A DNA stretch of 63,799 nucleotides, filler included, from Folioceros fuciformis (Eukaryota), in assembly GCA_049999805.1 (NCBI GenBank). It is 6 parts of 6 records of this genome, joined end to end, with 100 filler letters (N's around TTAATTAATTAA, not from the genome) between each part and the next. Parts side by side here need not be neighbours in the genome. Positions count along the whole stretch, not along the records: positions 48,517 to 61,700 come from JBNGIO010004574.1; positions 61,801 to 63,799 come from JBNGIO010004620.1; 4 more parts are not named here. One strand, written 5' to 3'. Each line of letters begins with the position of its first letter. Position 1 is the stretch's first letter. Below the pieces are notes generated by a model. It was given only the letters and a program-made list of their open reading frames with translations. It was not told where the DNA came from and made no database searches. Positions 49,171 to 63,799 of the stretch are shown here, one piece after another. The position numbers and the translations under genes were made by a program.

Positions 49171-49694
49171 TCGTATTGCTCATATTCTGCAGCTATCTCC
49201 GTCTCCAAAACTCACCACCTTTTCTTGAATTCAGGTCTGCGCCAACTGCATTGTATATCGTCCTGTTGTCAGCCGTTGGAGCAGCCATCGCCTTTATCTT
49301 TTGTTGCTACCTACTACACCTCATAATCTGAGGACCGAGTTGCACGGACCTCTCCTAGCTTTGAAGTTTCATTAGGAGGTAGGAGGTTTCAGCATCTGGC
49401 TTGGAGATAGACAAACGTAGCCGGAGCTTCTTTACACGGACCTGACAAAAAATTGTTCTTCACGACGGAATCGAAAGCAGATCAAGCCCCGCTTAGCACG
49501 TAACTTTGCCCTCCTCCGAATGACCTGATGTCAGGCCTTTCGGCAAACCTACTTCCTAAAATCTGAGTTATACGTTCAAACGACAACGAATAAACAGAAA
49601 CTTCGCCCTTCGGAACGATAGATAAGCAATTAACAAAATTGATATCAAAACTGTGTTTCAGCCACAACAACACAACTGCAGAGTGGCTGAACAC

Positions 49695-50520
<826 letters not shown>

Positions 50521-50576
50521 GGCTCCCGTTAGACCGCTTCGTCCGCAAGGCGCCGTAATTGAAAGGTGGTACTCAG

Positions 50577-50619
50577 AACCCTAAGCGTCTTTATATGCCC
50601 TTCGGAACATATTAGGGTT
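50577..50619. promoter_or_regulatory. Opposed telo-box-like motifs (aaccctaa / ttagggtt) around a TATA-like tract in the RPL11-RPS21 divergent promoter
   Basis: aaccctaa at 50577-50584, ttagggtt at 50612-50619, tttatat between them. Telo-boxes are characteristic of plant ribosomal-protein promoters. Confidence 0.6.
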
Positions 50620-50784
50620 GTGTATCGGGGACATACTGGCCTACCTTCAGTTTAGTATATTAGGGCATGCCGGGATTATATCTGTCTCCTGTCTCAGTTT
50701 GTTCTCCCTCCCCCACCACGCTGGTTTGCTTGCGCTTATCTCCCCTTTCGCTTGTTGTCTGGGTATTCGGATCCGCTTGCTACC

Positions 50785-51330
<546 letters not shown>

Positions 51331-52000
51331 GGGTCTCCATGCAGGCTAGGAAGTCCATGGGCTAGCTAACGTTTAGTTGGGCTGGCCCCGGAATTGAGTT
51401 GGGCTTTGCCCCAGAGTTGTGGGAACTGCAAGAGCGTGTCGCACTCCCAATTAGCGCGTTCTGTATTTTGATTTTGCAGATTCATCTAAAAATCTCTTTT
51501 CTCCGATTGACTTGTGTCCCTCCGTCTGAGGATGATTTAGGAGTCGTACAGAATTTTGTTCCCCACCTTGGGACTAGTTGTCAACTAATTCTCAACAATC
51601 GTCAGGAGTAGAAGAACGCAGGTTTACCTGCCGCCCCACGAGACCAAATCAGAGCTTTCTTCGGGGACTCATTCGGGGTCACCAAAATCAAGACGGGAGA
51701 CGCGGTGTCACTGATTTGATACCTCCGATTCCTTAGAAATCCTAGACCCCCATGTGTGTTGCAAATCCCCATTACTCAGCACGCCAACTGCCGGCTAGAA
51801 AGACCCAACGCACACATGATTGTGTGCATCTTCAGAATTGCCATGTCTTTTCGTTACCAATCACAAAAAATCGATGGAATGAAAGAATGTGTCCACTTGG
51901 CGTGAACAAGAGAAATATTGGATTCGCCAGTGCACAGAGAGAGCCAGCCACTGCAAAGAGAGAGCCAGCAACCGAAGAGCAAACATCCTCAAGTCTCGTC

Positions 52001-55000
52001 TCAGATCATTAATTGTGATCCAGAAGAAAGCTCGGAGCCAGCTGGTGCACTGTTACTTGCGTGGTCCGAATCAAAATAGCAGTCCACAATAGAGAGGTGC
52101 TCCAAAGCATCAAAATCTGCCCGTAAACCGACGAACGCACTGCCCATACGAGAGCATGCCGTCTGCGGCCACCTACAGCTATCACCATTTTCGTGACCCC
52201 AAGAACTACAGCTGCTGCTGTACTCGGCTCCAAAAGTTTTCCTTAGACTGTCAGCATCACGATCGCCCTCCGGAGTCATGGAGACGGACACAGACAATTG
52301 TGCCGAATTCACACCTTTCTCTGCAACCTGCTCCCGTCGCTGCATTCTAGGCTCCAGATCAGCATTCTGCTGGAAGTAGTCAGCCCGCTCCTCCGCATCA
52401 GAATCAAAGTCCAACCCGCTCTCAGAAGGAACGCTTGTTATCTGAACTTTGCATCCCATGGCCGCCATCACGCGCTCCATAGCTACGTACTTCCTTCGTA
52501 ATGCCTCTTTCTCATTAATGGCGGCATCCTTCGCTACCCGTTCATTTTGCAGTTGCTCGTCCAAAATAGCTACCTTAGCTGCTGTCTCTTTCACCGCTTC
52601 CTCAACGTTCTCCCTTGCCTGGAAGGATCAACACACAGACATTAGAAACAAGCCGCAAGGTGCTCGGAGATGCACAGCAAAACTGTAGGTATCCTAACTG
52701 ACTGGTCAGAGAGGACAACACCCCACACAAGAGCAAATTACCATTTGCAGGGCGGAGAATTTCTGGGCCAGCCTTCGAGCTTCAGCTTCAAGTCCCCCGC
52801 CCTGACACCACCCCGGTGGCAGTGAACCCCCTGGAACGGCGGTGGAATCCTGTGGCCATGCCCAGCGCAGATAGAAATGTGGCCAAAGAGTTGGAGACAA
52901 TGCCGCAGGAGGTGGCAAAAGGGATCCAGAATACTCAGACGCATTATAGAAAACATTGAAGTGGTCATGCTCTGACCCTACACCCGAACGCAGCTGCTCC
53001 AGATATGACCACATGCAACCACATACGGCTACTCCGGCTTGTTGTCTTTCCTTTTCACTACAGTACATAGATCCAAACACATTGGACATCAAACGAATGA
53101 ACCCACAATGGAAGGCAGGTACTGGCTCCGAGAGCACCCAACATCACCAAAAAAAAAAATGGAACCACCGGGTCCTACAGATACCTGTTACAGAGGAAAT
53201 TCCCGAACCGCGCTGATAGTATGCAGTCCATCACTTCAACCAGAAAAGCCTAATTCTCGACCCAAGAGAGAGCACCAATCAGCAAAACCTTTTGAATCCC
53301 CAATTAATGTACAAAAAACAAAAACAACCTAGCAATGGATAACAGGGATCTAATATGAGTCTAACAAAGTCCATGCGTAAACATGACAAGTTACAACTTA
53401 CAGAGGAGAATTCAAAAGCTCGAGGATAAAGACGCAATAATTGAGCCACACAGTCTACCCACTGCATATCATTGAGTGAAAAGTTGAAGAACGTTTCACA
53501 GTTGATACAGCACAAGGCTAAAATCACAAAGGCCAGCAACTGTGGAGTGACTAACCTGTGTAATAATAGGTGAACTATTGTTAGTAGCCTGTCCGGGGGA
53601 GTTAGGTACTGGGGGATTGATCGCAGACCCAGAAGTCATGCGGACACTTGTGATTCCAGCAGCAGTAATTGAAGATTGCTGCCTCTGGCTTTCCACTGGC
53701 ATCAGGCCACTAGCATACGTGGGCATTCCTAGCCGGTCAGCAAATGGGTGCCCAAATGCAAGCCAATCTTTTTCCACAAGTGCCTGTTACCACCACACTA
53801 GTTTCAGTCAAGACCAGATAGCGAGACCAGTGAACACCCTAATACGTGGGCGAATATCTACCTGGAAGCCTTGAAATGTTCTGTAGTAGGGGTCGAGCAT
53901 AATGCCTGCCAATGAAACCAACTGTGTCGTCCGATCCCATCCATCACTGCAAATATGGTAAGATAGAAACGTCACAAATGAGACAATAAAGTAGGGCACG
54001 AACTTCTCAACTATGCTGAAAAGTCTACCCTGAAACTGAAAGTGGGGAACAGAGTATACCTGCAGTGCACAAGAACTGATGCACCCTCAATATCAATACG
54101 TGCTGCTACCCAGGCCGCACCAGCTAAAATTGCATGGACGTGCATCAACCATTCACTATCACCAAGTGCTGATACTGCTGCTGCGACACTGCTCACATTA
54201 CCACCTCCCCAAGCCCAGGGGCCACTCCTCTATTACCACCCACAAGCGAAGCACAATCACAATTAAATACATGAAAAATCCAATCAACTGCCAGTAAATC
54301 TGACATTAACTTGGAACACTTACAAGAAGCGAAGGGGACCCATCAGATGATGCACCTCCATGCAAATCCAGAAATTCACGTAGCCGACCTAGACTGTCTC
54401 TCATCGCATGTATGTTTTCAATGTTCATGAAGACTACCTGCCAGACGTGCACACCAGGATTACACTCCCTGTAACTTGTAATTTTGAAGCATCTGCAATC
54501 ATGAACAGAAGCAAATTCCTTTTTTCCTTAACACTGGAAGAACACCCTAGCCTTGTAAAGCAAACATACTGACCTCAGACTGCGCATAGTTAGCCGAAGA
54601 CTCTGAACCTCCACCCATCGCTCCATTTGCTAGAGCATTCTTCCTAGGCCTTGCATCGGCTATGTACAGCTTTCTGGATATAAACACAACTACAGCTCAG
54701 AATGTGGATCACAAGGGCCTAATCTTCCATCTGCCATCTGATCACTGATGACCATACCTTCGGTGCAAGAGGGTCTTGGATGGAGGAGCACAGAGAGCAG
54801 CAACTAGTTTTTCATCTGTATTGCTGGACACAAGAGTGCACAAGGTGGAATTGCAAGATATTCCATGATCTCCAAGACATTTTGGCCAACGATTCAGACA
54901 GCATACATGGACCTTGAAGACAAAACTACCATAGACGAGCTGCCTACCTTCTAGAGTTCATCATAATACCAATCAATGGCTGAGAGGAGCGGGCAAGTAC

Positions 55001-56805
55001 GGCTCCATTTTCTGTATTTGAACCAAAAACAAAAAATTAAGAAAGCTATAGAACTCATCAGGCTAGCGTACAAAGTGAATGCAAACACAGATTGAGCACC
55101 TGGATGCCGCCAGCACAGAGCTGGCAAACGGCCTCGAGCACGAAAAGTAGCAGCCTGCTGAATATCTTCATCGCTGCACCAGACACATAACAATCTAAGT
55201 TCAGACATCTGAACCAGAAGCACTACATTTGGCAGAATCTGGAAACAAACGTCTGCAGCAAAGCCTGGAACTTTAAGCAGTTTCCCACACCGGGATCAGG
55301 CCATCACCTGACTGATGAAGGCATGACCAAGAGAGATGGGTAGGTTGGACACAAAGCGTAATCCTTATTCACTTCGCTTAGGCGCCACCACTTGTCTTCC
55401 AATACTGGCAAATTTATACTCTGTCTTCTTGCAGAGCTCCTTCCCATTATTGAAGTGTTCATACTAGTTGAAGGTGATGATATCAGTCGCAAATACTCGG
55501 CACGCAATCGTTGACGGGCATCCCCATTGATGGATGCCGAAGGCAACCCAGAAACGAAGGCATAAAGATCCCAAAGTCTGGCAGGCCTCATTAGCTTTGA
55601 CAGAGCATCATGCACGTTACGTCTCTGCACAAGATGCCAAAGTTTCACCCTAGCTTCTAAGAAGCTTTCAAAAAATGTCAAGGAAACTAGCACAATTGCA
55701 GGACAACCAGAGACAGCATGCACATTGCTACCTGCTTAGTGTGTGGGCGAAAACTGAAGGCGATTGTCCGCATGTCCTTACCTGTGATTCGAACAGGTGT
55801 ACTAGTTAGCACCTAGAATAAGAAACAAGGGAGTGAAGCGAGTTGTGTAGTTTCAGGCCTACCTTTTCCCAACTGGCCTATTATGCATCAACCACTACGG
55901 TATGACAGATTTCCATAGACAACCTACCAAACATCCTCTATTTATCTCAGCCAGCACCGAGCACACTGCAATGAAGCGACAACAGACCCACAACTTGGAG
56001 AAGACGTCGAGAGGGCCCACGTTCACGTGCACGGGAAGCTGGGGCTGATCGGGGAGGTTGCTATCGTCAAGTACGAAATTGCCAAGCCAAGGACGAACAC
56101 CCATTAGTTTCAAACCAAAGTAGGATGGGGGCAATGTGACATTTGCTTCTGTCCAACATCTGCCTTAAATCAGAAGCAGCATCTCCCGACGGACCAACTC
56201 AAGATGTACATCAAAGAGTAAAAGTGTACTACCTTGAGGATTTTCTCAATTGCTGCTACAGGTATGGTTCCAAGCGGAATCATTGCCTTCAGCTTCTCAC
56301 CCTGTCAAGCCACCAACCCAATATCTGATTATATGCTTTCGACGTTCAGAACATTTGTCACAGAGACGCAGTAGCTTAGCTGTATGGCTAGCTAGTTGAT
56401 AAACCGAATGCTTGCACCAAGGTTGCAAGAGACCTCACCATGAAGATTAGTCTGTAATTGGTGACAAAAAGAGCGCCATCAATGTTACTGTTGACCAATA
56501 ACACACTGGCCCCCTGTTTGAAGCAATACTCGTGTCAGACCCAGCTCAAATCCCACGACATCTGCAGCAGCTCTCAGACCTAGAATGCAAATATCACCTC
56601 CGTAATAATATTCTCAGACGTCCACAACAGCCCATCCAAGTTATAAGCCAGTGAACGACCCATTTCCTGCCCATGAACATAGTCATGTTCTCCGTCAGAT
56701 TCAAGATAATCTCAAGAAACTTCAGGGTCTAGATTCAGAGACAGCAAAGCAAACCTCCACGGCTGTCCATTCGAATCCACCTAGCCAACTCTCTACTCCG
56801 TCCAT
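52001..56805 (-). CDS. MTM: Myotubularin phosphoinositide 3-phosphatase (MTM1/MTM2-like), many exons, start possibly further upstream (about 57189)
   Basis: GRAM region ([26 protein letters not shown]), [23 protein letters not shown], spliced catalytic [29 protein letters not shown], a C-terminal coiled coil and the plant-type tail [10 protein letters not shown]. Confidence 0.95.
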
Positions 56806-58372
56806 ATTCGATAAGTGAATGTTCCCGCTACATGTGTCAGAAATGCCCTACTCATATCAGAGGCAACGAATGAGGCTCCTGCAACCAACAGAGTCTCGAC
56901 CACCTGCACACCAGCCAGCTTGTGCGTTGGCCCCGCGACAGATGAGGGTTTCAATAATTCAGATCACCCCAACGCAATTCAAACACAAGCCGTCCCTCGG
57001 ATCACTCAGCACTTGCACTCATTGGGCGATCCAGCCGGAATCACGAGTACCTGTCGACCCAGGCCTCTGAGCAGTTCGGCACCGGAGCACGAGCTGCGAG
57101 GCTACTGGAGGGTCATCTGCCCTCCCCTTGACAAGCCAATTCGAGGTCAATTTCGTGCCTACCAAAGCCGCCTCAGCAGGATACACCATGAGCGCACTTC
57201 CTGCAACGTTTCCGATTAGCTTTCATGCACTGTTGCACACATTCCCCAGCTCATGGTAAGTGACTAGAGGATCACCCCACAGCCCCTGCCCAAACTTCCC
57301 CTCCGAACTGCACACGCAATGGTCCCCGCTTCACAGACATCTCAGATCCAGCGTATTGAAAAAACTTGGTGACGCCAGATCGGAGGCATTGCTTGCTTGT
57401 CCTCACCTGGCTTTCCTCTCCAAAGACAAGTTAGGGCTCGTCATGAGATAGCGAGACGTGTCGTCAGCACGCATCAATCTGACTTGGATAAGTCTGGCAC
57501 AAACACTCGCGCGTTTTTAATACCAGTCCGGGCAACTTCGCATTCGCGTGTTAGGTTTCAGAGTCGGGGTACACATTTGCCATCTGGTTCGATGTGATGA
57601 GGCATGCCAGCGTGTGAGAATCAGATCATGAAAATGTTGTCAGCTGTCGAGAGCGCCTCGGTTATTGCTTTCAGGACGGTGGCCTGTACTTGTGTGGAAC
57701 AATCAACACCATCAGTCTACTTCTCCCTGTCGTGAAGAAGAACCGATGGATCACTTGACAGACGAGCGTAGAAGGATCACGCGTCAGTGCCAAGGTGAGA
57801 AAGGCTGAAGCTCTGATCAGCCAGGATCGGCCTCGGGAGGGTTCAGGCTTCAAGCCGCAAAAGACTGTTCCGGCATGCTCTGCTCTGGGGGTTCGCTCGA
57901 GGTTTCCATGGGCTGCACAAGATGAGAAGTGATCTTTTCCATCACTTCATACTGCAGGATGCAAACCTCGTTCTCGTTTATGCTTGTGCTTCCTAGATCC
58001 AACCAATCCTCTGCTAGTACGTCCTACTTCAAACTTTCGTTTCCGCTTACGCTTCCAGGCCACGGACAGGCTTCGGAAGTTCAGGATTCTAGAACATCTC
58101 TGTGAGCAGACCTTTTCGCATATGAAACTGTTCAGGAAACAAACGTACTTTTTTATTTGTATATATATAATATACATACTTTACATCTTTTAGGGTTATT
58201 GACTCATACAATGTTATGAAATGTAACTTACGCCTATTATCAACCAAGTGAGGCAATGGTATGGTAGTGTGAGTTGGCCACCAATGTCTATGCAAAGGCT
58301 TGCAATTCACAAACTTGACAAACTTTGCTACTCTATGGCATCTAGTTTGTGATAATTAGGCGTTGTCTAGGA

Positions 58373-58713
58373 TACTACTTTTTCAGGCTAGGCCAACAAG
58401 CACCATATGTTTGCAACTCAAAGAGCAACATTCCATTCTAGAAGTGGTTCTCCAGTATAGTACTTTTTCAGGCTAGGCCAGCAAGCACCATATGTTTGCA
58501 ACTCAAAGTGTGACATTCCATTCTAGGAGTGGCCACAAGTGAGGTAATCTCTATTGCTTTTAGGGCAACAATCCACATGTTGTGTTTCCTATTTGGCAGT
58601 GTCTTCTTGAACCTAGCAATCCACATGCTGTGTTTCCTATTTGGCAGTGTCTTCTTGAACCTAGCAATCCACATGTTGTGTTTCGTATTTGGCAGTGTCT
58701 TCTTGAACCTAGC
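58373..58713. repeat. Direct duplication of about 70 bp (58373-58445 / 58461-58530) and a 48-bp tandem repeat x3 (58568-58713)
   Basis: tactttttcaggctaggcca...catatgtttgcaactcaaag occurs twice. caatccacatgttgtgtttcctatttggcagtgtcttcttgaacctag occurs three times. Confidence 0.9.
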
Positions 58714-59967
58714 TTCTTACATCCACTGCTTACACTTACAATGGTAACCAATAATATTCCTATGCTTGCAGGAATTTTTAGCCGTTGGCCCTAGTCTTCA
58801 TTACTGTAGCAACATACCTTTTCAGGATCAAGTCCTTCCACGGGATCCTACTCCCTGCACCACAAGTTCGGTGCCACAACTATGGCAACATGGCTCTAAC
58901 TAGCTGGCAAGATGACAACTATCATGTGGCCCCTACACCAACAAGAGTTTTTCTTGTTAATGTGCGGATAGTATAGGATGATTTAGAAACAGAAGGTGAC
59001 AAGAAAACACCTTAACTAAATTCTCTGAATATATAATGCTATCAACCCACTCGCCCGATCGTAACGTGTCTAAGAATAGGATATTGTGTAGCTCAGGTGC
59101 TGTGAGTGCCGCCAGGGATGGTCAGAAAAAAAAGGTTTTCACACATGTACTCATGGACAGAGTGTGTAGTGACACTGCATGAGCAGGCTGCAGCACAGGC
59201 CCAGCGGGCTCAGCGCCGGGGGGCCGGTTCCATTGTTTCCCACGGCGAGCAACTGGACATTGCCACATTTGTACGTACATAAATACTGTGCAGGAAGTGG
59301 TGCGGGATTGGGGACGNNNNNNNNNNNNNNNNNNNNNNNNNNNNNNNNNNNNNNNNNNNNNNNNNNNNNNNNNNNNNNNNNNNNNNNNNNNNNNNNNNNN
59401 NNNNNNNNNNNNNNNNTAATGGCGTGCAAAGCACAGAGCTCAAGGCGTCAAGCCACAGCGACTGCGTGTTGCGTGCAGCCAGCTTGGAACCCGAGCTTGA
59501 CAGGCCGCACATGTCGCACCGCGTACGACAGCGTGCCAGACGCAGCCACTCCGTCTTCCTCCGCCTGCCTGGGTAAGCGCGAACAAACCCTGATGGCCAT
59601 CGCATCACCGACAGCCACCCCCTGCTCTACAAACACCAGCAAGCAGCACCGAAAGGGAGAGGCGAGCAATCCCCTGCCGTGCCGTGTCGTGGCATGCTGT
59701 GCTAGTTGAACAGTCGCCACACTGCCCGAGTCTCCGAGGAGAGTTCTCATCAGAGCACGCCCATCGGCCGCAGCGCAGCTCCTCCGTCCCACCGCTTTGA
59801 CAGCCTAGGCGCACAAACCGGCATCACATCACCACGAGCTGGACCCTGCCGTCGCCCGGGTACATCCATCCTACCGCACATCTGTGCCTCCTGCGCCTGC
59901 ATTCATTCAGTGCGCTGCCGCTGCCAGCCATAATCGCCGACAGCAACCTCCCCTTCCGGGTCCTCCA

Positions 59968-59999
59968 AACCCTAACCCTAACCCTAACCCTAACCCTAA
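59968..59999. repeat. (AACCCT)5 hexamer tract, TTAGGG-type
   Basis: Five perfect units. Confidence 0.9.
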
Positions 60000-61209
60000 T
60001 CCCGGGAAAGCAAGTATGTAGTGTAGTTGTAGACGTTGCCAGCATCGTCCCGTTGGGCCCTAACGGCCGGGCACGTGCCTGGCTGGCTCCAATTCCTGTC
60101 TTCCATCTTCTCGGCTCCGACAAGCCGGTACGGAGAGCAACGTGCATCCCGTCGCCGCCTGGGGTCCGGGAGGAGTTACATAGACGTGAGTTCATGGGAC
60201 TGTTCGTGCTGCTATATTCGCGCGGTTTCCCGTTACTACAGAAACTAAGATATGGAATGCAAATCCGACGAACGTTGAGCCCTGTACGTGCATGTGGTTT
60301 GCCCCTAACCACGGCAACATGTGGACAAGGCCCGCCCGTCGCCGGTCGGACGGACCCGCAGAATCAGCAGACCCAGGTCAACCGGTACACAGGAAAGAAA
60401 CGTTTCGAGCAGCATTATTCACTTAGGCTTCAGGAATCAGTGAGTACAAGCAACAGCAACCGCAACCCGGGACGGCCTCGGGAGCCAGAGCTCAATGTGT
60501 ACGTTGGGCGAAACAGGGTTTCGCCGTCCTGCCTCTCTGTACAGAGGCCTCTCCTCCTCTCGGGAACGGCAGCCGGGGCCCCCAAGCCTCTCGCCGGCCT
60601 GGCGGCTTCCCTCCCAATCGCACCACCCGGCGCCCGCCTGCGGCTCCTGCTCCTTCTGGCTCCTGCTCCTTCTGGCTCCTGCTCGTCCTGGTCCGGCTCC
60701 TGGTCCTGCAGGCTCTTGAGACGGGATTCGTGCCCCCGCCTTTGCCTCGAGTTCTCCCATCTCGTCTCTTCTTCTTCTGACACAATTCCTTTCCCCCGGG
60801 CGGGACGGAGCCCGCTCGCTCGCTCGGGCGTGGACTGATCGCATTGTGGCCCCCGAGCTCCGTGGTGCGTCGACTCGTCTCAGCCAGCGCTCGGCGCGCT
60901 CGCCCTTTGCCCGCCCGAGGCAGGCCGTTCTGCGGTCTCGCCTTTTCAGGAGAGCTTTTTCTTGTGCTCCCCGGCCTCGTGTCTGAAGGCGCCCGTTAAC
61001 GTTGCGGCCTTCTGGCGGGAGGAAAGAAATCGTGTTGGTTCGGTCGGCCGCGCTCCGGAGCACGGGAGAGAGCCAGAAGCCAGAAGCCGTGTTGTGTGTT
61101 CTGGAGGAACTGCAGGGGAGGCGAGCAATGTGGGATACTTGACGACTTCTTTGCACCGACCGAGCAAGATGCGTTCGGGCTGATCAGGAGGAGTAGGGGA
61201 GAAGAGGAA

Positions 61210-61700
61210 ATGAGGAAGATGAGGAAGGAGGAGACGCTTGTCGCGGCTGTGGCGGCCGCGATGATCGTGTGCAGCATTGCCATCGGCGCTGGCACTGCCG
61301 CTGCAGATGCTGCGGATGCGGATGCTTTGCGCGCGTTCCAGGGCACGGCGGATGTCGAGAATGTGCTGGGGTGGAACAGCACGGGGGGGCCGTGCGATGC
61401 CGGGGCGCATTGGACGGGGGTCACCTGCGAGCATGGCAGAGTTTACAAGTTGATCCTGGTTGGGATGGGGCTGGAGGGCCCCGTGACGGCCTTGTCGGGG
61501 CTGGAGCAGCTGCGGGTGCTCTATCTCGCCGGAAACTTGCTCAACGGAAGCATCCCGGACCTGGGAAGCTGGAGATTTCTAAGGCACCTACATTTGGAGG
61601 AGAATCGGCTGTCGGGGAGCATTCCTGAGAGTATCGGGAATCTGACGTACCTCTGGCGGGTGTATCTGTCCGGGAACGAGCTCACGGGGGGGATTCCGGC
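61210..61700 (+). CDS. LRR receptor-like kinase/protein ectodomain (LRR-III-like), 3' truncated
   Basis: Signal peptide, LRRNT cap (DADALRAF...W...PC...WTGVTC) and plant LRRs (LRVLYLAGNLLNGSIP, LHLEENRLSGSIPESIGNLTYL). No kinase domain is visible before the gap. Confidence 0.92.
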
Positions 61701-61800
61701 NNNNNNNNNNNNNNNNNNNNNNNNNNNNNNNNNNNNNNNNNNNNTTAATTAATTAANNNNNNNNNNNNNNNNNNNNNNNNNNNNNNNNNNNNNNNNNNNN

Positions 61801-63600
61801 TTTCTTTTCTTTGGGGTTAGTCTAGTGACTCTTGCCGGGTAGGAGGAGTCAGTAGGGAAGTGTAGAAGGTAGTGGTGTCATTCTTAGTTGCTGGTGTTGG
61901 TGCTGGAGTGAAAGAGTGAGTGAAGTGAGTGAGGGAAGTTGCAGATCTAAGAGGTTAGGGTCATTGAAGTGACTGGAGTGAGTTTGTGGGCACCGAGAGG
62001 TGCAGCTGACCGCCGGACAGCGAGGCCTGTCCTACGCCTGATCGGAGCTGGAGGGGAGCCCTCGAATCCATCATCGAGTTGATCAAGTCCGACCCTCCAT
62101 CCATAGCAGCAAGGAACCCCATCGCTCCTTCGTGGGAACGAAACCCAATGTCTCAACGACAGTGGGATAAGTGTGGCCACTAAAAGTGGAACCCGTTGGC
62201 AATCAGTGCCCGGGGTTTTGCCTCCACATGTAGGTACTGCAGATTCCTTTGAGACTGGCCGTGGGGGTTCCAAGAAGGTGACACTATGGGCCAGGGTGAT
62301 GCTGTGGTCATCGGGGTTAAACAGCTTGTAGTCTTTTGCATTCTCGCCGTATCCGATAAGCATAAGCTTAAGAGACCTATCCTCCAACTTCCGGCGCTTG
62401 GTCTTTGGTATATAAGCGTAAGCTATGGACCCAAAGACTCGAAGGTGAAGGAGGCTAGGTTTTTGGTTCCAAAATACCTCGTAGGGCATATGCCTAGGGA
62501 TTGCATTGGTGATAACGCGATTGAGGATATAAGTGGCAGTGACGATGGCCTCTGCCCAGAAGCTTTGAGGAAGGCCTGCCCATAGTAGCATGCTCTGGCT
62601 CATGGATAACAGGGTCTGGTTTTTGCACTCCAAGACCCCGTTTTGCTGTGGGGTATTAGGGATAGTTAGCTAAGCTGCCTTTCAATATGTTGCTCTCGCA
62701 AAAAATCGTCGAAGGCATTATTTACAAACTCTGTTCTATTTATCGCTTCTCAGGAATTTGAGTTGGTTGCCTGTCTGTCTCTCGGCAACTGACAGCCACT
62801 CTTGGTAGTAGGTGAACATGTTGCTCTTCATGTGCATAGGATAAGTCCAGGAGTACCTGCTGAAGTCATATGTGAGGGTGAGATAGTAGCATGCTTCTCC
62901 TAGTGACGGTTCGTGAATCTTTTCGGAGATATCAGCATGGACAAGTTCCAGTGTGGAGGTTGCCCTGTGAGCATGCTTCGGAAAAGGGGACTCCTTCTGC
63001 TTTACGAGTACACAGGACTCGCACACAGGGAGATGCCGAAAGCACTTGGGTAGGGGCTCTTTATACAAGTCTTGTAATGCCATAGATATAAGCTTGTTCT
63101 TATTGATGTGTCCGAGCTTGGCATGCCATAAGGACGCTAGATCATCTGGGGGTATCCTCTGTAGTCCAGCTACGAGGGTGGACAGCTCGCTCTCCTTGGC
63201 AAAGGATAGCTTACAGAGACTGTCCTGAGGGTCAGTGGTGAAGAGGCATTGCTTAGGGTTGGTAGGCCGAAAGAAACGGCATGACCCCTTTTGACAAGCA
63301 TCTCAAGATCGCCGTGCTTGAAAAGCTGAGTCATGGAGACGAGATTTTTGGCCTCGCGGGGGACGAGGAGCATAGGCTCCAATGTAAGCACCAAACCATC
63401 CTTAAGGGAGAATTCACAAGTGCCTTGTTCCTCGATAGGCAAACTAGATTTACTTTGTTCATATCCAAGTAGCACCCTTTCTCTGAGGGGACGAGTGTTG
63501 AACTTGGTGAGTAGAGTATGATCATTACAAATGTGGGCGGTGGCTCCGCTATCTAGATACCACCCCGAAGCCTGGTTGTGGAACGGAAAAGTTTGGTAAT
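61801..63600 (-). mobile_element. Degenerate Ty1/copia pol fragment (protease, GAG-pre-integrase, integrase)
   Basis: WYLDSGATAHIC, LWHAKLGH, CESCVLVKQ, LELVHADI, FLRSD, TPQQNGV, LPQSFWAEAIVTATYILNR, LRVFGSIAY, with stops and frameshifts. Confidence 0.93.
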
Positions 63601-63799
63601 CGGTCTAGGAAAGTCTAACTTGGTTTCTTTTTGTTCAGAATAGTTTGAAGGGAGGCATGTGGAAGGTAGGTTTCTGGGCAAGTACCCATGGTAGGTAGTG
63701 AGCGACTAGTGAAGGTTTTAATGGAGTTTTTTTAGTTCTATTCTGGTAGGTTAGAATACGAAGATACCTACATAGTAGGATGTCTACCTACATACGTAG

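Noticed and set aside
59417-61180. Many overlapping ORFs of up to 261 aa
   Set aside because: GC-rich, stop-poor sequence upstream of the LRR gene with no recognisable domain.

Overview
Eukaryotic nuclear DNA from a gene-dense seed-free land plant. A hornwort is my inference, from 65-120 bp introns, PPR proteins with long L motifs and a putative centriole gene. The window is six pieces joined by an artificial N44-TTAATTAATTAA-N44 spacer (1-8925, 9026-25391, 25492-37868, 37969-48416, 48517-61700, 61801-63799), so adjacency across spacers is not reliable. Genes recognised: NMCP/CRWN-like lamina protein, MOSC/mARC protein (partial), prolyl 4-hydroxylase, a large spliced gene whose N-terminus resembles centriolar CEP295/Ana1, an ALDH2-family gene with Tyr at the catalytic Cys, a divergent pair of PLS-class E+ PPR genes, a GDSL lipase, mitochondrial intermediate peptidase, an AS8-like Gly-rich protein (partial), head-to-head RPL11 and RPS21, myotubularin and an LRR receptor (partial). 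Also present are three Ty1/copia remnants, a decayed pogo/Tigger transposon, a dispersed repeat, a foldback hairpin and several minisatellites. The most notable signal is the putative plant CEP295 homologue, visible only after splicing short exons (one via a GC-AG intron), which sits head-to-head with the putative pseudo-enzyme ALDH. All homology calls come from remembered motifs, not database searches.
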